Shown here: piece by piece, positions 16,597 through 23,694 of the stretch
How positions within the stretch are numbered: the first letter of the stretch is position 1
Layout of the letters: each line of letters starts with the position of its first letter
IMG/VR virus record: IMGVR_UViG_3300049211_000012
Span: 1-29,364 of that record
Length of the DNA: 29,364 nt
Strand: one strand, 5' to 3'
From: a virus
Lineage: Duplodnaviria > Caudoviricetes
Made by a program: the position numbers and the translations under genes
The notes under the pieces: model-generated
The model's input: the letters and a program-made list of their open reading frames with translations, nothing else
What the model was told of the DNA's origin: nothing
Databases searched by the model: none

Positions 16597-17598
16597 TCAC
16601 GCCGCGAGCCTCGCGGTCTTGGCCGAGACGCCGATGCGCACCCGGCACCGGCACCCCATGCCGAATGGCGGGTAGAGCGTCGGCCCGTCGGGCGTGAGGA
16701 ACATCTCGTCGATGCCGACCCCGTCCTTGTTCAGGGCTGGGATCAGCCGATGGGTCGGACGCACGCGACTATCGTTCATATGCACCCAGAACCTGCGGAC
16801 CTGGGTGGCGTCGATCACGCCGGCCGCGATGGCTTGGCCGGCAGCGGCGATCTGCGCCTGATGGAGCACCTTTGACGCTTCCATCTCGGCAATCTGGATA
16901 ACGCGCTGGCGCAGAGCTCTGTTGCGATACGCTCCGACCATGGCCTTGCGGGTTGCGGCCGGTAGTGGGGCCTTAGCCTCGATGGCCGCGCGCACCACAC
17001 GGTCGAACCTCGGTTCCCGTAGCGACCTCGTAAGCGCGCTGGCCTTCGGCACGCCCTCAAGGTCGGCTTCGTAGTTGCGCACCCAGGTCAGCTGGGCGCT
17101 GCTCAAGCCGACAAGGCCAGCCTCGCGACGCCCGGTGGCTGTATGGCGTCGCCCGATCAGGTCCAGCGCCGTCTCGCGTGGGCTGGCGCGATCCCTGACC
17201 GCCTGGACCAGCACGCTGCGAGCCATGGCCCTTTGGTCGTTGGCCACATCGCTGATCAGGCGGCCATTGTTCTCGCGCACCCAGGCGTCGACACTGTAGG
17301 CGCGAACATTGAAGGCGACGGGCGCCCCCGACTTGCGGACCCGATTGACGGTGAGCAGCGTGGTCGCTGCGCCAGCCACGAAGGCAGCGGTCAAGGCGGC
17401 GTCCAACGGGTGGAAGCGCTCTGGTCCCAAGCCGACTTCCTGCAGCGCGGCCTCGACGTCGCCGTTGCGGATTTCGGCCTCAAGCCGAGCGAGCACGACC
17501 TGGTCGCGGATGTCCTTCACGGCCCGCAGGAAGCTGTCCGTGACGGCTGGCTCCCATTGCGCGACGAGAGGGGCCAAGCCGTCTTCGGAGGCGATCAT
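16597..17598 (-). CDS. Minor head / head morphogenesis protein (Mu gpF, SPP1 gp7-like)
   Basis: RRFW....DSRVRPTH...F......YPP...CRC motif. Confidence 0.85.
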   Translation of the reverse strand: MIASEDGLAPLVAQWEPAVTDSFLRAVKDIRDQVVLARLEAEIRNGDVEAALQEVGLGPERFHPLDAALTAAFVAGAATTLLTVNRVRKSGAPVAFNVRAYSVDAWVRENNGRLISDVANDQRAMARSVLVQAVRDRASPRETALDLIGRRHTATGRREAGLVGLSSAQLTWVRNYEADLEGVPKASALTRSLREPRFDRVVRAAIEAKAPLPAATRKAMVGAYRNRALRQRVIQIAEMEASKVLHQAQIAAAGQAIAAGVIDATQVRRFWVHMNDSRVRPTHRLIPALNKDGVGIDEMFLTPDGPTLYPPFGMGCRCRVRIGVSAKTARLAA

Positions 17599-18116
17599 CA
17601 GCGTACAGCAGTGCCGCTGTACATCGAGCTGCTGGTCAGCAGCCCAGCCAGGGCCGCATCAATGGCGTCGAACGTCGCTCGGGTGTCGCCGCTGATGGCG
17701 TATTCGGTTTCGAGCGGGCCGACCTTCTCGCGCTTGATGACAGCGCCGCCCGCGGCCACATCCGGCTGCAGGCTCCCCGGGCTCACCAGCTCGCGATAGC
17801 TTGCCTCGTTCGCCGCGGCGATGATCTCGGCGGGGATGGTGATCGAGGGAACGTCCCAGCCCTCGGCATCCACGACGCCCGCCCTGGGCCACTGCATTGG
17901 CTGATCACGCCCCGAGACCCTGATCCCGGGGAAGCGGGCGCGGTACTCGCGGTCCAGCCAGGCGTTGCCCCTGCGGATGGCGGGGTCGATCTGGCTCGTT
18001 CCGTCATAAGCGGAGATGTCGTAGCCCATGGCCGCAGCCCAGGCGGTGAACACGGCGCGGCTGTTGTAGCAGTCGGCGCCGGCCACCACGGCGCCCGATT
18101 CCACAATCAAGGCCAT
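17598..18116 (-). CDS. Head-tail adaptor protein
   Basis: MALIVE.G....A..Y, G......Q...WPR, IP.EI..A..E, REKVGPLETEY motifs. Confidence 0.85.
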   Translation of the reverse strand: MALIVESGAVVAGADCYNSRAVFTAWAAAMGYDISAYDGTSQIDPAIRRGNAWLDREYRARFPGIRVSGRDQPMQWPRAGVVDAEGWDVPSITIPAEIIAAANEASYRELVSPGSLQPDVAAGGAVIKREKVGPLETEYAISGDTRATFDAIDAALAGLLTSSSMYSGTAVR

Positions 18117-18532
18117 CAGGAATTCCTCGCGTCAGGTTTCATCCGATGACCTCGAACGTCGAACCACGTTCGATAGAGGCTCTGAAAGATGGCCTGGACG
18201 GCATAGGCCTCCTGCTCCACGGCAGGGGCCTTCTCGTTCATATCCCTTCGGACCGCCTGCCAGACGTGAACGGCCTCATGCGCCAATAGCCCGGCGATCT
18301 GGATTCGCGAGACCCGCCTCGTTTCCTTGAACAGGCAGACGATCACGCAATCGCCGTGGAAGTGATGGGTATGGGCAGCGCCATGAGGCACATCCTCCAA
18401 CCCCCATCCCTTCTCTTTCAGGAAACGGTTCATCGCCCGTTTCGACAGCGCAAACCCGATGGCCGTCGGTTGCCATCCCTGGTCCAGCCAGAGCATTGAG
18501 CGGCCGGAGAGGTCTGGCGGGTCGTCACTCAC
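18116..18532 (-). CDS. 138-aa protein with zincin-like HExxH motif
   Basis: LLAHEAVH plus downstream EQEAY. Confidence 0.7.
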   Translation of the reverse strand: MSDDPPDLSGRSMLWLDQGWQPTAIGFALSKRAMNRFLKEKGWGLEDVPHGAAHTHHFHGDCVIVCLFKETRRVSRIQIAGLLAHEAVHVWQAVRRDMNEKAPAVEQEAYAVQAIFQSLYRTWFDVRGHRMKPDARNS

Positions 18533-18726
18533 TGGACCGTCACCGCATCGAAGCTGCTGATCAGGTCGCAGATCCAGAAGCCGCCAGCCCCACAGACGAA
18601 GCCGACCGCCTCGGCCGGGTTTTCGGTGTTGGCGCCGCCAGCGTCGAACAGGTCGGTGATCGGCACGGTGGTTCCGTCACTCAGCAGCGCCAGACGGGCC
18701 GAGACGTTGAGCGCCTGGACGTCCAC
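18529..18726 (-). CDS. 65-aa hypothetical protein
   Basis: GTG start, GAGG RBS, GTGA overlap with next gene. Confidence 0.6.
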   Translation of the reverse strand: MDVQALNVSARLALLSDGTTVPITDLFDAGGANTENPAEAVGFVCGAGGFWICDLISSFDAVTVQ

Positions 18727-18729
18727 GAT

Positions 18730-18849
18730 CTAACCCGCCTCGCCCAGCGCAGCCGCCAGGGCCTCAGCGTCCGGGTAGGTGAACGCCACGCCCAGCCAGT
18801 CGGCCATGAAGGCGCGGAGGCGCTCGATGCGAATTTCCCGCTCGGTCAC
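18730..18849 (-). CDS. 39-aa hypothetical protein
   Basis: Not in ORF track. MTEREIRIERLRAFMADWLGVAFTYPDAEALAAALGEAG exactly fills the gap. Confidence 0.5.
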   Translation of the reverse strand: MTEREIRIERLRAFMADWLGVAFTYPDAEALAAALGEAG

Positions 18850-18850
18850 C

Positions 18851-19246
18851 TCAGTGCTCCAGCGCTTCGAGGAACGCATCCGCACCTTTGGCGTCGATGT
18901 CCTCCGCGGCGCCGTGTTCCTTGGCCAGCTTCACCCGCTTGGTCCAATGGAGCCCGCGCCAGTTGGCGGGAGGGTCGCCAGGGCCAGGATCGGGAGACGG
19001 AGACGAGCCGCCCGGCCCGTCCTTGCCGTCGTGGTCGAACTTGGCGGGGTCAGCGCCGTTGAAGGCGCTCAGGGCCGCCATGGCGCTCGCGGGAGGCTCC
19101 GGCAGCGGCGGCGCGGCAAGGGCCGCAGTAATCGCCTCGCCCTCGTCCCAGTGCTGGTGCACGGCCGGGTCGAAGTTCGACGCGTTGATGATCCGCCAGC
19201 CGCGGGGGCCGTCGCGCTTCACCTTCACCGTGGGCAGTTCGGACAT
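18851..19246 (-). CDS. Capsid-associated accessory protein
   Basis: Follows major capsid; PTVKV...IIN.S.FDP..H N-terminus, DHDGKDG motif, small helical C-domain. Confidence 0.65.
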   Translation of the reverse strand: MSELPTVKVKRDGPRGWRIINASNFDPAVHQHWDEGEAITAALAAPPLPEPPASAMAALSAFNGADPAKFDHDGKDGPGGSSPSPDPGPGDPPANWRGLHWTKRVKLAKEHGAAEDIDAKGADAFLEALEH

Positions 19247-19264
19247 GTCTCGCTCCCAGGTAGG

Positions 19265-19292
19265 AAAGCGGCCGGGACCGAAGCCCCGGCCG
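19265..19292 (-). terminator. Terminator-like or stabilising hairpin after major capsid gene
   Basis: CGGCCGGGGC-TTCG-GTCCCGGCCG then CTTT; short U tract suggests partial termination. Confidence 0.6.
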
Positions 19293-19307
19293 TTACTGGT
19301 GGCCGGA

Positions 19308-20486
19308 TCAGCCCATCAGGGTGGCGATGTGCTCGTCCTTGATCGCCTTGGCGCCCCAGGCGAGGCGCACGTGGTAGACCAGCTGCATGAACTGGCGATA
19401 CACGGCAATCTCGAAGGCGATGCCCGACACGGGGTCGACCACGGTCATGACGTCGTCGGCCATGTCCATCGCCTTGCCGTCGGGGCCGATCGGCATCTGC
19501 GGCACGCGGGTGATCAACTGCACGGCCGACTTCGAGAAGGCCATGTTCGGCGTGTAGCTGTTGCCGATGGTCATCTCGACGCCGAGGGCGAGCGACGCCT
19601 TCAGGCCGGGGTTGTTCAACACGATGTCGCCGGAGGTCGCCACCAAGCCGGTGCCGACGCCGTAGATGTTCGTGTCGCCCGCGAAGGTCACGAGATCGCC
19701 GGCCTTGATGCCGGTGGTGTTCACCGTGCCGCCGTCGAGGGTGATGGTCGTCGCGCCCGCGGAATAGCCGGCAGTCAGGTTACAGTCGTAGCCGGTGCCG
19801 CCGCCCTTGGTGTGCACGCCAGCCGCGCCGGAGGCGTGGATGTCGAATCCTTCCAGGCGACCGATGATGCCCTCGCGCAGCATCTGGTCGGTGCCGGCTT
19901 CGTTGACCTTGAACAGGCCCGACTGCTTGCCGCGCAGGTTCTGCATCGTCGCGTTTGCGGCCACGAACTGCAGGTCAGACTGCGGAGCGCCGTTGTCGTC
20001 GAGGATGCGGCGAACCGCAGCCAGGTCGGACAGGTCGGCGGCGGTGGCGAACGGCGCGGTGCCGGCGGTGCCGAAGGCGCGGGAGGCGTTCGTATAGGTG
20101 GTGGTGAACAAGTCGACCTCGATGAGCCGGACCAGCTCCCGGAACGCCTGCACGAACTGGCCGCGCAGAATGCCGGCGTAGGAGCCTGCGTTCAGCAGGC
20201 CGCGCTGCTCTTCGCCGTTCCAGCGGATCGGAATGTGCTTCGACTTGTCGATGGTCATCGACACGTTGCCGATCGTTTGGTCGCCGGTGTTCGGCGCCGA
20301 GACGGCCGGGGTGTTGTCTGCCGCGGTCGCGGTGGGCGTGATCGGCACCAGGATCGACTGGTTCAGGGCCGCGCGTTCAGCCGAGGAGTTGCGGGTGACG
20401 GCGGGGATGAAGCCGACGAGCTCGCGGGACACGACGTCCAGCGCTTCGTAGATGGTCGGAGTCAGGGACGTGATCGTGTTTGCCAC
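19308..20486 (-). CDS. Major capsid protein, P22 coat-protein-like (HK97 fold)
   Basis: GTG start; ANT...L.P..Y.ALDVVSRELVGFIPAV; ends AWG.KAIK.EH.A.L.G; follows scaffold. Confidence 0.93.
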   Translation of the reverse strand: MANTITSLTPTIYEALDVVSRELVGFIPAVTRNSSAERAALNQSILVPITPTATAADNTPAVSAPNTGDQTIGNVSMTIDKSKHIPIRWNGEEQRGLLNAGSYAGILRGQFVQAFRELVRLIEVDLFTTTYTNASRAFGTAGTAPFATAADLSDLAAVRRILDDNGAPQSDLQFVAANATMQNLRGKQSGLFKVNEAGTDQMLREGIIGRLEGFDIHASGAAGVHTKGGGTGYDCNLTAGYSAGATTITLDGGTVNTTGIKAGDLVTFAGDTNIYGVGTGLVATSGDIVLNNPGLKASLALGVEMTIGNSYTPNMAFSKSAVQLITRVPQMPIGPDGKAMDMADDVMTVVDPVSGIAFEIAVYRQFMQLVYHVRLAWGAKAIKDEHIATLMG

Positions 20487-20494
20487 GGTGATGG

Positions 20495-20590
20495 CCTTTC
20501 ATGGATGGTGCAGGGAGGGGGAGCGGATGACCCGCAGGGGTTGGGGACTTGGGTCATCCGACCCGGGCGCCTCCGCCCATCCAGGCGTCG
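20495..20590 (-). promoter_or_regulatory. Capsid leader with two GGAU hairpins and complementary anti-sequences
   Basis: GCCT-GGAT-GGGC (20586-75) and GGGTC-GGAT-GACCC (20564-51); complements GGGTCATCCG (20533-24) and CCATCCA (20508-02). Confidence 0.55.
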
Positions 20591-20611
20591 GCCGAAGGTG
20601 TGCGGGCCTCT

Positions 20612-21412
20612 TCAGCCGTCGATGACGGCGAAGCCCTCTTTCATCTTGGCGGCGGCTCCGGCGGGGTCGCTGATCGCCAGCTTGTCGAACTCGGCGCGCG
20701 ATATGGTCTTGTTGCCCGATCCGCTGCCGCTGCTGCCTTGGGCGCCGGAACCTGACGCGCCGGAGCTCTTGAGGATGTGATCCTTGCTCGGATCGGCGCC
20801 GATCAGCACCTCCATCGACTCGTCGAAGTCGGCTGGCTGGCCTGGATTCGAGCGGCTGAATATCTTCGTGCCGTTGGCGTCGTAGGCGACAAGCTTGCCG
20901 TCTTCGCGCTTGTAATGTTTGCCGTAATAGGCCTCGGCGATTTTCGGCGTGAGGATGGTCTTCTCGGCGATCAACGGTGAGCGTGCGAAGTTGCCGCCGA
21001 TCACTTCGCGGTCTAAATCGGAAGCCAAGCCGTCGCGTTCGCCGGTGAGGACCTTGATCTCACCATCCTTGACCTTGATGATGTTCTGGTACTTGGCCTC
21101 GACCGCCGTTTCGACGCCTTTCTTGATCTCGTCGACCTTGCCGGCCGTGAGCAGTTCGCCCTGGCCAAGGCTGGAAACCGTCTCCAGCGCCTTGCGGGCC
21201 GCCTCGGGATCCTCGATGCCCTCGAAGGCCTTGAGCGCCGTCTCGGCCTTCTCCTTGGCTTCGCGGTGGGCTTTCGCCTCGCCGTTCAGCCGAGTGATGG
21301 TGCCGACGGTGGCGACTGCGTCGAACGGCGCTTCCTTGCCGTCCTCGTGGACGTAGACGGGCTTGTTGTCCTGCACGACCACATGGCCGGCGTCGTCGAG
21401 TTTGAGCTTCAT
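20612..21412 (-). CDS. Capsid scaffolding protein
   Basis: Start placed at ATG 21412 (MKLKLD..G.VVV.D.KPVYV..DGKE..FD); coiled coil, GSG linker, C-terminal helix. Confidence 0.85.
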   Translation of the reverse strand: MKLKLDDAGHVVVQDNKPVYVHEDGKEAPFDAVATVGTITRLNGEAKAHREAKEKAETALKAFEGIEDPEAARKALETVSSLGQGELLTAGKVDEIKKGVETAVEAKYQNIIKVKDGEIKVLTGERDGLASDLDREVIGGNFARSPLIAEKTILTPKIAEAYYGKHYKREDGKLVAYDANGTKIFSRSNPGQPADFDESMEVLIGADPSKDHILKSSGASGSGAQGSSGSGSGNKTISRAEFDKLAISDPAGAAAKMKEGFAVIDG

Positions 21413-21425
21413 GGTGGGGCTTTCT

Positions 21426-21491
21426 CCGGCATCCGCCGGCTGCAGGTGGAGCATCCGCTCCGAGGCGCTGCGCCCTATCCTGGGTCGCAGC
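21426..21491 (-). promoter_or_regulatory. Three GGAU-loop hairpins in the scaffold leader
   Basis: GCTGCGACCC-AGGATA-GGGCGCAGC, GGAGC-GGAT-GCTCC, CCGGC-GGAT-GCCGG; the last overlaps the GGAG RBS. Confidence 0.6.
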
Positions 21492-21504
21492 AGAAGGTGT
21501 TCCG

Positions 21505-21639
21505 GGACTTCCTGCGCTTCACCGGCTTTCGATGACGCCCTTGCTGGGGGCGCGGCCTCGGCCCGGTGGGGAGACGATCAGTGCAGGCATTGACGGTGGC
21601 GCCCGGAAGTCCGCCGTGAGGAGAAGCCGAGGCCTCACG
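21505..21639 (-). ncRNA. Candidate structured RNA (multibranch with possible pseudoknot)
   Basis: Four compatible helices plus a loop-distal 7-bp pairing found by eye; no family recognised. Confidence 0.3.
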
Positions 21640-21647
21640 AATAGGGT

Positions 21648-22199
21648 TTAGGAAGCGGCGCTCAGCCATTCCGGCGTCGGCGCGCCTAGCAGTTCCATCG
21701 ACCACCCGCTCATCGAGCGAGCCCGGTCCTTGAGGTAAGGCAGCGCCTCCAGCCAGCCGGCCCGGTGCGTCGGCGCGTGTGGGAAGCCGTGGCTGCTGTG
21801 GAAGTGCGGCAGGTCCAGCATCGGCACACCGCAGAAGACGATGCGCTCGAAGCCCAGGTCGAAGAGCGCGACCTTGCCGGCGAACAGGCCGGAGGAGCCG
21901 TTGTTGACCTGCCCCGGCAGGCGGAAGTCGGTGAACTGGACATCCTCGCGCCGGGTGGCGTGCGGCAGCCCCTCGTGGCCGTACATGGCCTTGTGGGGCG
22001 GCAGGCCGCGGGCCTCGCGCAGGGCGGACCAGACGCCGAACTCGTCACCGTGCAGCGTGGCCCAGCCGTCCAGCACGCCCGGGAACACAATGCCTATGTG
22101 ATTGCACGCGACAATCCCGTCCGGCTCAAACAGGTCAGTCGCCGCCTCGATGTCCGCCCACACGCATAAGGCGCCGCCGAGCACAAGGGCCGTGCGCAC
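21648..22199 (-). CDS. Sialyltransferase/Maf/MptE-like fold protein, putative glycosyltransferase
   Basis: ALVLGG, IVACN, W.TLH, SSGLFA..VAL..LGF.RIVFCGV pattern; abuts the portal stop. Confidence 0.55.
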   Translation of the reverse strand: MRTALVLGGALCVWADIEAATDLFEPDGIVACNHIGIVFPGVLDGWATLHGDEFGVWSALREARGLPPHKAMYGHEGLPHATRREDVQFTDFRLPGQVNNGSSGLFAGKVALFDLGFERIVFCGVPMLDLPHFHSSHGFPHAPTHRAGWLEALPYLKDRARSMSGWSMELLGAPTPEWLSAAS

Positions 22200-23684
22200 C
22201 TACGCTGCGGCCTGTTTCGGCTGGCCCGTGGCCGGGTCGATCTCCTGACCGGTCACCGGGTCAATCGTGACTTCCGGCTCCAGGCCTTCCATCTCCTCGG
22301 CGATCAGCTCCTCGTCGGCCTCGATGTCGAAGTCCGCCGCGAGAACGCCGAACCGCATCAGGCCCTCGATGTAGGCGCGGCGGGAGATTTCCTTGAGCTG
22401 CCGGGCCTTGTGCAGCGCGTCGATCGCCACCTGATTGGCCTCGCCGGCCATGAAGTCAGTGTTGACCACGACCTCGGCCATGGCGTCTTCGCGCAGCCAT
22501 AGCGCCGTGAACACCAGGGCCTGTTCCAGGCAGTCCTTCAGGCCAAGCGCCCAGGCCTCGACGGTGGAGTGCGCCTTGGCCGCCTCGACGCTGGTCGCGG
22601 TGGCGGTGACCGAGCCGGACTTCTGCGTCAGCGGCTGCATGCCGAGGCGGCGGATGTCGTCGATTCGGGCGGTTACGTCGTCGCGGATTTCGGTCAGCAC
22701 GGCGGGGTCGGGCTGGATGAAGTCCCAGTCCGTGGGCGAGCCCTCACTGCCGGGGGGCGCGAACAGGACCGCCTTGGGCCCGACGGTGATGACGCCGTCC
22801 TTCGGTTTGGCGAAGCCGACCGCCTTCAGCATCGGGTGGCCAGCGTAGGTCAGGATCTCTTCCTTGCGGCCGAGCGCGCGGTAGATCTCCATCTGCATGT
22901 CGGCGATGGCGGCCAGCGGCGGTCGGACGAACTGCGCCCCTTCCCGCTCCCCAGTCCAGAACAGGGCCAGCGGGACCACGCCCAAGGTCAGCATGCCCTC
23001 GGATTCGAGGACGTACTCCACCTTGCCGGCCGCATCCTTATCCTTGCGCCAGAGCTCCCACCTGTTGGGCTCCAGCACCCGGACGCGCTCGACCTCGGTT
23101 TCGCCGAAGCCGTCGCGCTCGATGGTGCATTCGCGGATGCGGACGTGGGTGACCACCTCCTTGCCGTCCACGAAGGCGGTGTAGAGCGCCAGGATGTCCT
23201 CGACGCGGATGCTCACCCAATAAGGCCTGGCCCCGGCCCGCTTCTCATCGGCGATGGTGCGCACGTCCGACATGGTCGGGAAGTCCACCAGGATCGCGTG
23301 GCAGCCCTTGGCGATGCCGTTGCGGAACGCGCCACGGGCGAACTGCGTGAGGTTGGCGCCCCGGGCGTCGATGTCCTCAGCCAGTTCCTTGATCCGCGGC
23401 GAGGCCCCGTCTACGAGCGAAACCTCCTTGCCGAAGGGCTTGGAGGCCAGGCTCTGGAGGATGTCGACGAACTCCGGCCGCCAGGGCGTCGCCATCAGGC
23501 GGCGGCGATATTCGGTCTCGCTGTAGTCCTTTTCCTCGGCCTTCAGCTTGGGCAGGTAGCGCTCGGCCGCCGCACGAACGGTGGCGGGGCCGGCGATGAT
23601 GTCGTCGATGAGCTGCCAGCCTGGGGACATGCGCTCATAGGCCGAGGAGGGCGTCCCGGCGTTCGGCTTCGTCGCGTCGGCCAA
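22200..23684 (-). CDS. Portal protein (DUF4055-like)
   Basis: Follows TerL; YLPK, EY..RL, ILVDFP, RPYWV, PPL..IA motifs; TTG start with GAGGAG RBS. Confidence 0.92.
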   Translation of the reverse strand: MADATKPNAGTPSSAYERMSPGWQLIDDIIAGPATVRAAAERYLPKLKAEEKDYSETEYRRRLMATPWRPEFVDILQSLASKPFGKEVSLVDGASPRIKELAEDIDARGANLTQFARGAFRNGIAKGCHAILVDFPTMSDVRTIADEKRAGARPYWVSIRVEDILALYTAFVDGKEVVTHVRIRECTIERDGFGETEVERVRVLEPNRWELWRKDKDAAGKVEYVLESEGMLTLGVVPLALFWTGEREGAQFVRPPLAAIADMQMEIYRALGRKEEILTYAGHPMLKAVGFAKPKDGVITVGPKAVLFAPPGSEGSPTDWDFIQPDPAVLTEIRDDVTARIDDIRRLGMQPLTQKSGSVTATATSVEAAKAHSTVEAWALGLKDCLEQALVFTALWLREDAMAEVVVNTDFMAGEANQVAIDALHKARQLKEISRRAYIEGLMRFGVLAADFDIEADEELIAEEMEGLEPEVTIDPVTGQEIDPATGQPKQAAA

Positions 23685-23694
23685 GGTGCGCTCC

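Noticed and set aside
21520-21585. Hammerhead-like CTGAT...GAAA on the minus strand
   Set aside because: Core reads CUGAUCG rather than CUGANGA, and the required stems are not evident
21590-21620. Plus-strand TTGACG as a promoter -35
   Set aside because: No plausible -10 element at 16-18 bp spacing
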